Part shown: one piece after another, positions 54,613-63,716 of the stretch
Position numbering within the stretch: position 1 is the first letter of the stretch
Layout: each line of letters opens with the position of its first letter
Source of the DNA: an uncultured delta proteobacterium
GTDB lineage: Bacteria > Desulfobacterota > Binatia > Binatales > Binataceae
Length of the DNA: 64,000 bases
Assembly: GCA_963813785.1 (NCBI GenBank)
Contig: CAWFAJ010000001.1
Span: forward strand, 22,627-86,626
Direction: 5' to 3'
Notes under the pieces: generated by a model
Told to the model about the DNA's origin: nothing
The model's input: only the letters and a program-made list of their open reading frames with translations
The model's database searches: none
Translations under genes and position numbers: made by a program

Positions 54613-54711
54613 TGCTCGAAGCGGGAAAGTTAGCGTGATTGGCGGGATTTTTCGCCAGAGTCGGACTATATGTCGCTTTCGTGAACCGGGTCGTCTTTCA
54701 TCGAGCTGCGC

Positions 54712-57288
54712 TCATGCGGTGAGGCGGCGGACCAGCGCCTCGGCGATAAGCATGATCATCGCGGCGACGAGCAGGTACGGATTCATCGAGACGCGCCGCT
54801 CGAGCGTGGCGCGTTGCGTCGAGACTTCCGCCGGCGACGGATTGAGACGCCCGCCGGTGGCGGACGCGAGTTGTTCGAGCAGGCCGTAGTTGGGCTCGGG
54901 ACGCGGCAGTTCGGCGTTGACGGACGGACTGACGGTGAACGCGAGCGGCGGGAACTTCTTGTCCTTGCCGGCGGGCGAGCGGACTTCGAAGTAGTAATTG
55001 CCGGGGACGGGCGCGTCGATCGATCCCGACAACTCGCCCACAACTTCTTCGCTAAGTGCGGTTTCAGTCCTGCTCCCGTCGGGCCGCGTCACGAGCACGG
55101 TTACCAGGCGGGCGGCGTTGCCCGGCTCGGCGCTGTAGTCAGTCAGCTTGATATTGATCCGGCCTGCATTGTAGCCGAGTGCGACGTCGATCTTGGGCTC
55201 GGCGGGCATCTCCGGCGTCATCCAGGCGAGCATGCGATCCCAAAGCGGCTGAAAAATATTCGCGCTGACCCATCTCCCGGACCATCGCCCGCTTGCGTCC
55301 GTAGTCACCGCCAGCGCCTTGCCCGCGCCGTACTTCCAGCTCGCGATGACGGGTTCGCGGGCGCCGCCGCGATCGACGTACATGCTCATCGTGGCGCGCG
55401 GCTTGATCTCGGTGGAGACGTAGCCCTTGAGCGGTGGCATCTGGCGCGCCGCAAGATCTTTCAAAATGGCGTCCGGGCTTTCGGTGCGCGGTGTGAATTC
55501 TTTTTCGACCATCGTGATCTCGCCGCCGTGGGCACGAAAGTCTTCGACGAAAAGCTGGGGCAGATTGCTTGGGCTGTCGGTCTGATAGTAGGAACCGCCG
55601 CCGTATTTGGCGACCGCCTGGAGCAGATCCACGTTGGCGTCCCGGCCGACCGCGATCGTCGAGATCGTCGTGTCGGCGTCATGATGCATCCGCGAGACCA
55701 GGTCATAGTACATCTCGGCGGTGCCTCCGGTCTCGCCGTCGGTGAGCACCACGACGTGCTTGAGCTGCGCGCCGCTGTTGCCGAGCATGCGTTCGGCCTC
55801 GCGCAGCGCTGGAATCATGAAAGTCTGGCCATGCGCGGAGAGCCGGTTGATCATCTGATCGAAGTACGGGCGGCTCTGCGCGACGGACTGGAGCGGGATG
55901 ACGACGAACGGTTGCGAGTCGAATCCGACGACGCCGATCAGGTCGTTGTCCTTGAGAGTCTTGGTGACGGTCTCGGCGGCGGCTTTGGCGTAAGTGAGTT
56001 TGTCGTTGCGGCCCATCGAGCCCGACTTGTCGATGATGAGCACCAGCGCGCGTTTCCTTTCCTTGTGCTGCGGCGGCTTCATCGTCACCGGCATCACGGC
56101 CGCCAGCGGACTGTCCGCATAACCGCCCAGGCCGAAACTCGAATCCCCGCCGATCATCGCTAGCGAACCGCCGTGGCGCACGTACTCCGCCATCGCGTTC
56201 TGCGCGGCCGGCGCGATTCGTTCGCTCGGCACATTGTTGATCAGGACTGCATCGTAACCCGCGACGGCGCCGTCCCAGGCCGCGCCGGTGACGGGCACGA
56301 CGGTCGGTTCCAGTCCCATCCGATTGACGACGATGCCGAGATAGTTGGCGTCTCTGGCGCTGCCGGTAAGAATCAGAACTTTGCGGCGCGCGCCCACTCC
56401 CACCCATCCTTTGAGAGAGTCGTCCTCGGGGTACGCGTCGAGCGCGGGATTGTCGGGCTTGAAGGCGGCGGTGTACGAAGCCAGGCCGGCGGTTTCGGTG
56501 CGGACCGGGAAGTCGAAGCGCTGCGAGCCGCGCGCCAGCGTCACTTTGCGCTCGTCGATTGGCGCGCCGTCGCGCTCGATGCTGATCGTCCCGGTCGCGG
56601 GCACGTCGTTAAGATTCTCCAGCGTGACGCCGAGCGCGAACGGGACGGCTTTCTCCAGCGCCGGCGGAAGCGAGAGCGCCGTCATCGCGACGTTGGGGAT
56701 CGAACGCGCGCCGGGCGGGGTGAAGATGTCGAGGCGAATCTCGGCGGAAACAATCGCGCTTATCGCGCGATCCGCGTCGCCGCGATTTTGCCATCCGTCG
56801 GTCACGATCACGGCCGGGCCGCCATGAGCGTCGGGATCCGCGGCGATACGGTAGAGCGCGCTTTCGAGGTTGGTCGCGCCCGGTCCGCATTCGGCGCATC
56901 CGGTTGCGTTGGCGAACGCCGATTCGACGGCGCCGATCGATTGAGGGACCGCGACGGTCGCGAACATGTACGCGGGATCAGCCGCGCGCAGCCCAAGGTC
57001 GTCGCGGATCAGCTTGAGCGTCCACGCGCGCATCGCCGGCGTGATACTGGCGCTCGCATCGACGATTGCGGGCCGCGCGGCGCCCTCGGAATGCATCACC
57101 TGCTGCGGATTTGCGAACGCGACGACGAACAGGGCGATCACCATCGCGCGCATCAGCGGCGCAAAGACGCGGCGAATTTCGCGCGCGTTGACAAGACCCC
57201 AGAGCGCAACGAGCGCGGGAATCGCGAGCAGCCAGAGCACCTCGCGATGAGCGAAGGTCAAACCGTGCGGGGAGACTGATGGAATCAC
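54712..57288 (-). CDS. Membrane-anchored protein with two VWA/MIDAS domains (module 2)
   Basis: 858 aa. N-terminal TMs (VLWLLAIPALVALWG...). VWA 1 has AIVDASASIT...IVTDGWQN and VWA 2 has LIIDKSGSMG...VVLTDGETGG. C-terminal TM YLLVAAMIMLIAEAL. GTGA overlap with the upstream gene. Confidence 0.85.
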   Translation of the reverse strand: MIPSVSPHGLTFAHREVLWLLAIPALVALWGLVNAREIRRVFAPLMRAMVIALFVVAFANPQQVMHSEGAARPAIVDASASITPAMRAWTLKLIRDDLGLRAADPAYMFATVAVPQSIGAVESAFANATGCAECGPGATNLESALYRIAADPDAHGGPAVIVTDGWQNRGDADRAISAIVSAEIRLDIFTPPGARSIPNVAMTALSLPPALEKAVPFALGVTLENLNDVPATGTISIERDGAPIDERKVTLARGSQRFDFPVRTETAGLASYTAAFKPDNPALDAYPEDDSLKGWVGVGARRKVLILTGSARDANYLGIVVNRMGLEPTVVPVTGAAWDGAVAGYDAVLINNVPSERIAPAAQNAMAEYVRHGGSLAMIGGDSSFGLGGYADSPLAAVMPVTMKPPQHKERKRALVLIIDKSGSMGRNDKLTYAKAAAETVTKTLKDNDLIGVVGFDSQPFVVIPLQSVAQSRPYFDQMINRLSAHGQTFMIPALREAERMLGNSGAQLKHVVVLTDGETGGTAEMYYDLVSRMHHDADTTISTIAVGRDANVDLLQAVAKYGGGSYYQTDSPSNLPQLFVEDFRAHGGEITMVEKEFTPRTESPDAILKDLAARQMPPLKGYVSTEIKPRATMSMYVDRGGAREPVIASWKYGAGKALAVTTDASGRWSGRWVSANIFQPLWDRMLAWMTPEMPAEPKIDVALGYNAGRINIKLTDYSAEPGNAARLVTVLVTRPDGSRTETALSEEVVGELSGSIDAPVPGNYYFEVRSPAGKDKKFPPLAFTVSPSVNAELPRPEPNYGLLEQLASATGGRLNPSPAEVSTQRATLERRVSMNPYLLVAAMIMLIAEALVRRLTA

Positions 57289-59096
57289 GGCGCGGCTGCC
57301 TCGGCGATGCGGCGACGCCGATAGACGATGAGGGCTTCCAGAGCCGTCAGCGCGATAATCGCGGCGAGAAGGTAATCGCCAAGCGAGGATTTTTCCATTA
57401 TCGGCGCGGCTGCGGAACCCGAATTTGCGGCTTCGACTTTGAGCTGCGGCGAGCTGGAGAGATCCGACTCGGTCAAGTCGGCAAGATTCACAGCGCGCGG
57501 CGTCTTCGCGCCGCCGGGACCGACCAGTTCATAGACTCCCTGCTCCGAAACCGCGGTGAAAAGCGTGCCGGGATGCGCTGCCACCGCGCTTCCCGACGGC
57601 AGTATCACGCGCTCGACGCCCGCCGGCGCCAGCCACGGCTGTCCGGTCCGGTAGCCGCTGCTGCTCGCACCAAGTCCTGCGAGGTAACTGATGGCGTTGA
57701 GCGTCAGCACCGACATGGGAAGGTTGCGCCGCCCGAGATACGGAAACGGATTGAAGCCGGTCGCGACGAAACGATGGGCTCCGCGCTCGCCCTTGAGCAC
57801 GATCGCGCCGCCGTCGCCGCCGACCACCTGGCTCATCCACGGATGAGTCCCGAAATACTCGCCGCCGCGCAGGCTGAGCAGGCGGAAATTCACCGAATCG
57901 GTGAGCGTGTCGGTGGTGCGCCATCCTGCAATCCGGACCTGGGAAGTCGGCGTCACCGTCAATCCGAAAACGGGATCGCCCGGCGGCGGCATCACGAGCA
58001 TCGTGTTCACGTCCGGGATTTCCTTGGGCGCGGCGTATTCAAAGATGGCGAGATCGAAGTTGCCGAGATCGCCGGGCGAGTAGGAATCGGGATTTTGCGC
58101 GGTGACCGCGACGCCGGGAATCGAATTCAGGCCCGCGGCGTCGGCGGGAGTCGGGCTGATGAAAAGAATCGACACGTTCTTGACGGAGCCGGCCGTGGCA
58201 TAGGCGACGTTGTCGAGGGCGAGCGCGTCGTCGGGCGCGAGTTTCGCCGCGTAGATGCGCGCGGCCGGGATCGCGGGGAACTCGAGCGTGGCGGTCTCGC
58301 GCGCGCCGAGAGCTTCGTTGGCGTGGGCGATTTGCTTGCCGTCCCCGGTCACGACGAGTTCGAGCGTGCGGGTTTCAGCGCTGAAGTTGGCGATGGAGAG
58401 ACTCGCGTGAAGGGCTTCCGCGCCAAGGACTTCGCGCCGCAGCGAGAACGAGCCGATCGCGGCGTTGGCGACGGCGTCGCCCACCGCGATCGGATGAATT
58501 CGCGCGGGGACCGGCGCGGCGAGCGCGTTGGCGCCGGCAAAAATCACCTTTGCGACGCGCGCTTCCGAGGCGAGATTGCCGAGAAAGTTCTCGAGCGTCG
58601 TTTGATCGTTGGGCGCATCGGTCGGCTTGATTCGCGACAGCGCAAGGCGCGCCTCGGCCAGGGTGTCGAACGGGGGCGCCACGCGGCGCGGCTGCGGTGC
58701 GGTGACGTAAACGGAGATTTCGCCGCCGCCGTCTTCAGCCGACAAGGCGGCGTCGAGCTTTTCGCGCGCAACCTCGAAACGGCTCTTGCCCGCGGGCGTC
58801 AGCGCCTGCATCGCGGCGGAATTGTCGATCACGACTGCCAGCGGAGCGGTTTTCTTCCAGATGAACGGACCCGCCATCGCGAGCACCGCGAGACTCAGGA
58901 TGAAGACCTCGGTGAAGAACATCCAATCCAGCCGCGGCCACCCACCGAAGCGCTCGCGCCGAAAACCGCGCAGCGCGCGGAACGCCATCACGCTCGAGAC
59001 CGTCACGCGCGCCGGCCGCTCCTTGGCCAGATACGCCAGCACCAGCGCCGGGACGAGGGCGAAAAATACGAGCGCGCCTGGATAAAGGAATCCCAT
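57285..59096 (-). CDS. BatA-N double-TM protein with degenerate VWA-like region and C-terminal anchor (module 2)
   Basis: True start at MGFLYPGALVFFALVPALVLAYLAKERP (codon 342 of track ORF 57285..60119). VVIDNSAAM degenerate MIDAS. C-terminal TM YLLAAIIALTALEALIV. Confidence 0.75.
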   Translation of the reverse strand: MGFLYPGALVFFALVPALVLAYLAKERPARVTVSSVMAFRALRGFRRERFGGWPRLDWMFFTEVFILSLAVLAMAGPFIWKKTAPLAVVIDNSAAMQALTPAGKSRFEVAREKLDAALSAEDGGGEISVYVTAPQPRRVAPPFDTLAEARLALSRIKPTDAPNDQTTLENFLGNLASEARVAKVIFAGANALAAPVPARIHPIAVGDAVANAAIGSFSLRREVLGAEALHASLSIANFSAETRTLELVVTGDGKQIAHANEALGARETATLEFPAIPAARIYAAKLAPDDALALDNVAYATAGSVKNVSILFISPTPADAAGLNSIPGVAVTAQNPDSYSPGDLGNFDLAIFEYAAPKEIPDVNTMLVMPPPGDPVFGLTVTPTSQVRIAGWRTTDTLTDSVNFRLLSLRGGEYFGTHPWMSQVVGGDGGAIVLKGERGAHRFVATGFNPFPYLGRRNLPMSVLTLNAISYLAGLGASSSGYRTGQPWLAPAGVERVILPSGSAVAAHPGTLFTAVSEQGVYELVGPGGAKTPRAVNLADLTESDLSSSPQLKVEAANSGSAAAPIMEKSSLGDYLLAAIIALTALEALIVYRRRRIAEAAAP

Positions 59097-59107
59097 CGGA
59101 TAATTCT

Positions 59108-60007
59108 TCAGTGCGCCAGGCCGAGGTCGCTCACCGCGCGGACGAAGAAATTCTGGAAGTCGTGGTCGGTGGTGTAGAGCGCGTAATGCAGCCCGCGCTT
59201 GAGGCAGAACGATTTTATTTCGCGCGTGAGCCGCAGCATCGTCTCGCGATACTGGGTGCGTTCGCGCTCGCCGATCGAGACGCGCAGCCGCTCGCCCGAT
59301 TCGGAATCGACTACCTCCACATCGCCGTCGAGGCCCTGGCCGTTGAGCTCGCGGCCGCCAAGAATCTGCACGGCCGTCAGGTCCATCGAGGCCGCGGTGA
59401 ACATTCCAAGGCCGCGGGTGACCGAGTTGAGCAGCATCAGGAAGTCGGAAACGATAAACACCTTGCCGGCGCGCCGAATCGCGAGCAGCTCGGTCGCCAG
59501 CGAAGCCGCGAAATCGAACTGCCCGCCCGGCCTGAGATTGTGAAGGCGGCGCGCGAGCTCGACGATTCGATGGCGGCCGTTGACGAACGACGGATTCACC
59601 TTCCCGCCGCTGCCGCCGAGCACGCGCAGCATCACGCGATCGCCGCTGGCCAGCGCGACGTAGGCAAGTGCGAGCGCCGTCAGGATCGCGGATTCGAACT
59701 TGCGGTCGCCCGCCGGATACGCCATCGACGCGCTCGCATCGACGAAGATGTAGGTGAGCAGGTCTTCCTCTTCCTGGAAAAGCTTGATGTAGAGTTTGTC
59801 GCTGCGGCCGTAGAGGCCCCAATCGATGTAACGGAAGTCGTCGCCGGGGGAGTAATGGCGAAAATCGTTGAACTCGAGCGACGAGCCGCGCTTGGGCGAC
59901 AGATGCATCCCCCGGCCCAGGCCGGCGTATCGCTGGCGGGTTCTGATCCTGAGCTTTTCGAGCCGGGCAAGAAAACCCGGCGTAAACTCGTCCGGCAGTC
60001 CGAACAT
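59108..60007 (-). CDS. DUF58 family protein (module 2)
   Basis: 299 aa. FRHYSPGDDFRYIDWGLYGRSDKLYIKLF...IFVDASASM. Confidence 0.88.
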   Translation of the reverse strand: MFGLPDEFTPGFLARLEKLRIRTRQRYAGLGRGMHLSPKRGSSLEFNDFRHYSPGDDFRYIDWGLYGRSDKLYIKLFQEEEDLLTYIFVDASASMAYPAGDRKFESAILTALALAYVALASGDRVMLRVLGGSGGKVNPSFVNGRHRIVELARRLHNLRPGGQFDFAASLATELLAIRRAGKVFIVSDFLMLLNSVTRGLGMFTAASMDLTAVQILGGRELNGQGLDGDVEVVDSESGERLRVSIGERERTQYRETMLRLTREIKSFCLKRGLHYALYTTDHDFQNFFVRAVSDLGLAH

Positions 60008-60010
60008 CGG

Positions 60011-61030
60011 CTACGTGCGCGGCTTCCTGAGCCGCTTTACCACCTGCTCGAGGATCGATTCGGAAGAAACACTTTCGGCCTCGGCCTGGAAGTTGAGCAG
60101 CAAGCGATGGCGCAGGCACGGGACGATGGCGTCGTCGATATCGTCGTAGCTCACGCTGACGCGGCCGGCGAGCAAGGCGTTAACCTTGGCGCACAAAATC
60201 AGCGCCTGCGCACCGCGCGGGCTCGGCCCAAAACGCAGGTATTGGGAGACCTCGGGGATGGCGCCGGGACCGCCGGGAGTGCATCCGCCAATCACGCTGA
60301 TGATGTAACGCTCGAGCGGCTCGGCCACCATCACCTCGCGAACCAGTGCTTTGAGATCCTCGATCGCCCGCGGCGCGCGCGAAGATTCGAACAGCGGCTG
60401 AATTTTGGCATGCTCCGTGCCAGTGGTGCGGTTGAGAATTTCGCGCAATTCGTCGGGCTTGGGCGACCCCATCACGACTTTGAAGATGAACCGATCCATC
60501 TGCGCCTCGGGCAGCGGATAGGTTCCTTCGAGCTCGATGGGGTTTTCGGTGGCGAGGACGATATACGGCGGATCGAGAACGTAGGTGGTGCCGAAGACGG
60601 TGACCTGATGCTCTTCCATCGCCTCGAGCACGGCCGATTGGGTCTTGGGGGTCGCGCGATTGATCTCGTCGCCGAGCACCATGTGCGCGAAGATCGGGCC
60701 GGGCTTGAACTGGAACTCGCGATGACCGTCGGCTTCGGTCAGCACCTGCGTGCCGATGATATCCGAGGGCATCAGGTCGGGCGTGAACTGAATTCGCTTG
60801 AAGCTGAGCCCGAGCGTTTCGCTGGCCGCCTTGACCATCAGCGTCTTGCCCAGTCCGGGCACGCCTTCGATCAAAATATGGCCGCCGCAGAACAGCGCGG
60901 TCAGCATTTTTCGTACGACCTCGCGATGGCCGACGATCACGCGCGCGACTTCGCTCTCGGCGCGCGAGAAGATCTTGCGAAATTCCGCGACCCGCTGGTC
61001 GGGTGAAGCTTGTTGAGGAGCCGCTCCCAT
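60011..61030 (-). CDS. MoxR-family AAA+ ATPase (module 2)
   Basis: 339 aa. Walker A GVPGLGKT, Walker B VLGDEINRA, PKTQSAVLEAM, ATENPIELEGTYPLPEAQMDRF and SPRGAQAL. GGAAGGA Shine-Dalgarno upstream. Confidence 0.93.
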   Translation of the reverse strand: MGAAPQQASPDQRVAEFRKIFSRAESEVARVIVGHREVVRKMLTALFCGGHILIEGVPGLGKTLMVKAASETLGLSFKRIQFTPDLMPSDIIGTQVLTEADGHREFQFKPGPIFAHMVLGDEINRATPKTQSAVLEAMEEHQVTVFGTTYVLDPPYIVLATENPIELEGTYPLPEAQMDRFIFKVVMGSPKPDELREILNRTTGTEHAKIQPLFESSRAPRAIEDLKALVREVMVAEPLERYIISVIGGCTPGGPGAIPEVSQYLRFGPSPRGAQALILCAKVNALLAGRVSVSYDDIDDAIVPCLRHRLLLNFQAEAESVSSESILEQVVKRLRKPRT

Positions 61031-61057
61031 CCGTTGTCCTTCCTTATCCTGAATCTT

Positions 61058-62596
61058 CTAGTGAATCATGTCGCGATAGCGCGGCGGCACCAGTTGTCGT
61101 TCGTCGGGCGGCGCGTCGTCGCTGGCCGGCGCAAGCGGAGCATTGACGTAAGCCGTCGTCGCCGTGGGCCGATCGGTGTCAAGTACCGTTTTCCCGCCGC
61201 TACCGGAAGAGGGCGCTCCCGGCAGCCGGAACATGACGTAGCGCGCATCCTTGATGTCGAGTGCGGCGCCCTTCTCGCCGGGCTTCAGGAAGCGCTGCGC
61301 ATTGGTTGAGGTCGGCATCTCGCCGAGATGCGTATCGCCGAGGTTCGAGCCCATGTCCTTGTTATTCTTGGGGTTGCCGCCGGCGGCGGGAATATTGCGA
61401 TCGCCGTTGGCGCCCGGCTTCGGGATGTTGCCGGGTCGGTTGGGCTCGGGCTGGCTGCCGCCGCCCAGGTTCTTGTCGTTGCCGGGCTGGTTGTTGGGGC
61501 CGGGATTTTTTGCGTTGGCGGTCTCGACCTGCGCTTGCGCTTTGGCGAGTTCGTCATGGAGTTCGAGGCTCGATTGGTCGCTCTTGTTCTGATCGTTCTT
61601 GTCGTTTTTTGCCGATCCCTTTGCGCCTTCGTTCTTGCCCGAATTGTTGCCGGTGTTGCCTTTGCCCGAACCCGAACTCTCGGCGCCCAGCTGCTGGCCG
61701 GCGCCGGACCCGCTCTTGCCCGCGCCGCTGCCCGCGCCTGCGGAGTTGCCCTGACCCTGGCTCTTGCCGTTGCCATTTCCGTTCTGTGCGTTCGACTTGC
61801 CGGCGGCCTGATTTTTTCCGGACTGGCTGTTGTTGCGCTTCTGAGCAGCCTTGTCGGCCTGCCGCATCGCTTCCTCGATGCGCTCCTTTTTCTCTTTGGG
61901 CGGCAGCTTGGAATTCTCAAGTGCGTCGGCGGCCTGGCGAATCTTGTCGGCCAGCGCGGAATCATCGGGACTGGTCGATGTTCTGGCGATCTCCTCGGCG
62001 ATCGCGCGCAGCTTGGCGGCCTCGGTATTCTCGGGCGTCGGCGCGCGTACCAATCCTAACGTCGCGAGCACCATCGCCAGCGCGACCACGCCCGCAAAAA
62101 TCGAGGATCGCTTGAGCGGCTCGCCGACTTCGAGTCTGAATTCCCGGCGAACATCGAGGCCGCCAAACAGCGCGATCGCGCGCCGCCACAGAATCGGGAA
62201 CAGCGGCGTGCGCCGTGCGCGGACGCTCTCCGGCGCCGACGGATTGGCCAGCGTGGCGAACGTCACGATCTCCTGATCGCAATCCAGGCGGTCGTCGAGC
62301 TCGGCTGCCGCCGCAAGAAAGTCGTTGGCGCGCCGATACGCCCGAAATGCCATGACCAATCCTGCCGCCAGCACCACGATGCCCGCGCCGATCAATACGA
62401 GGCTGAGCACGGCGGCGCGCTCGGGCGCAAGCCGGTATCCCAGCCGCGTCCAGGTCACGTCGCCAATCTGCGTGAGCAACGCTCCCAGCGCGATCGCGGT
62501 GAGCGCCGGCGCAACCGCGCACAGCACCGCACGGATGGCGGCTAGCCGCGCGATTCGCGCGCTGGCGATCCCGATTGTCTCGACCGGATTGTCCAC
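61058..62596 (-). CDS. Membrane protein with long low-complexity G/N/S/K/Q-rich tail; first gene of MoxR module 2
   Basis: 512 aa (GTG start). N-terminal TM hairpin plus a third TM, a coiled region, then ...GKSNAQNGNGNGKSQGQGNSAGAGSGAGKSGSGAG... ending VPPRYRDMIH. Confidence 0.6.
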   Translation of the reverse strand: MDNPVETIGIASARIARLAAIRAVLCAVAPALTAIALGALLTQIGDVTWTRLGYRLAPERAAVLSLVLIGAGIVVLAAGLVMAFRAYRRANDFLAAAAELDDRLDCDQEIVTFATLANPSAPESVRARRTPLFPILWRRAIALFGGLDVRREFRLEVGEPLKRSSIFAGVVALAMVLATLGLVRAPTPENTEAAKLRAIAEEIARTSTSPDDSALADKIRQAADALENSKLPPKEKKERIEEAMRQADKAAQKRNNSQSGKNQAAGKSNAQNGNGNGKSQGQGNSAGAGSGAGKSGSGAGQQLGAESSGSGKGNTGNNSGKNEGAKGSAKNDKNDQNKSDQSSLELHDELAKAQAQVETANAKNPGPNNQPGNDKNLGGGSQPEPNRPGNIPKPGANGDRNIPAAGGNPKNNKDMGSNLGDTHLGEMPTSTNAQRFLKPGEKGAALDIKDARYVMFRLPGAPSSGSGGKTVLDTDRPTATTAYVNAPLAPASDDAPPDERQLVPPRYRDMIH

Positions 62597-62657
62597 AGAA
62601 TGAAATTATAGCGTACTCGACGCAGATGCGACCGTCCAATCGGCGGCCCGAAGCAGC

Positions 62658-63680
62658 TTATTTTACCGGTATTGCGGCGCGTTTACCCGCCGGCGGTTTC
62701 CGTTCGAGTGCGATCGCGCGCCGATGCTCGTCAAACGATTTCGAAAAGACATGAGTGCCGCCTTCGCGTGCGACAAAATAGAGAAATTCGGTGTGCGTCG
62801 GATATAGCGCGGCTTCGATTGATTTGAGCCCGGGATTCGCGATTGGCCCCGGCGGCAAGCCGGTGAAGTCGTATGTATTGAAGGCCGACGCCGTGTGGAC
62901 CGCGCTGGCGGCCGACTCTTTGGCGCCATCGAATTCGTACGCGTACTCCGCCGTCGGGTCGGATTGCAGCGGCATCCCAAGCCGCAGCCGATTGTAGAAC
63001 ACGCCCGCGATCAGTGGCCGCTCGCCGGGCGCTTTCGCTTCCTTCTCGACGATCGAGGCCATCGTGACCAGCCGGCGCGCATCCAGGCCGGCCTCGAACA
63101 TCCGCTCTTCCACGGCAGGCGTCAGGACCTGGTAGAACCGCGCGAGCATCGCGGAGAGCACGTCGTTGGTCTTCGCGTGCGGCGAAAATCTGTACGTCGC
63201 CGGAAACAGGTAGCCTTCCGCGCCGAGCGGCATCAGCCCCAGCGCGCGCACCATCGCGCCGTCGCGCGCGGCATTCTCGAATTCGTCCTCGCAGACCAGC
63301 CCCGTCTGGGCCAACCGCTCCGCTATCTGATGGACCGTCAAGCCTTCGGGAATCGTGACTGTCACGACGACGAAATCGCCCCTGACCAGATGGCGCATCA
63401 CGTCGGGAATCCGCTCGCCGCCGTTGAAAGCATAGTCGCCCGGCTTGATTTGGCGCGCGGTCTGGCTCATCTGGCCGTACAATCGGAGCACGAGCGCGCT
63501 TCGAACCACGCCGGCGTCCGCCAGCGCCCGCGCGATTTGGCGAAACGACTCGCCCTTTTCAATCGTGAGCGCGCGTGGCGGCGCGAATTTTTCGGTGGGA
63601 CTAAGCCAGTAGTAAGAGAACGCGGCGTACGAACCGCCCACGACGATCGCGACTGCGAGGATTGATGCCGCAAGCTTCAT
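62658..63680 (-). CDS. mltG: Endolytic murein transglycosylase MltG (YceG-like)
   Basis: 340 aa. N-terminal TM, then IPEGLTVHQIAERL, ASIVEKEA, VFYNRLRLGMPLQSDPT, NTY...GLPPGPIANPG and YLYFVA motifs. Confidence 0.9.
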   Translation of the reverse strand: MKLAASILAVAIVVGGSYAAFSYYWLSPTEKFAPPRALTIEKGESFRQIARALADAGVVRSALVLRLYGQMSQTARQIKPGDYAFNGGERIPDVMRHLVRGDFVVVTVTIPEGLTVHQIAERLAQTGLVCEDEFENAARDGAMVRALGLMPLGAEGYLFPATYRFSPHAKTNDVLSAMLARFYQVLTPAVEERMFEAGLDARRLVTMASIVEKEAKAPGERPLIAGVFYNRLRLGMPLQSDPTAEYAYEFDGAKESAASAVHTASAFNTYDFTGLPPGPIANPGLKSIEAALYPTHTEFLYFVAREGGTHVFSKSFDEHRRAIALERKPPAGKRAAIPVK

Positions 63681-63716
63681 CTAATTCGAGGATATATTTC
63701 GCGCCGTTGTTTTTCA

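Noticed and set aside
57285-60119. 944-aa ORF as a single large protein.
   Set aside because: The first 341 codons are Arg/Pro-rich and overlap the DUF58 gene in another frame. A BatA-N type N-terminus (MGFLYPGALVFFALVP...) begins at codon 342, matching the paralog at 25470.
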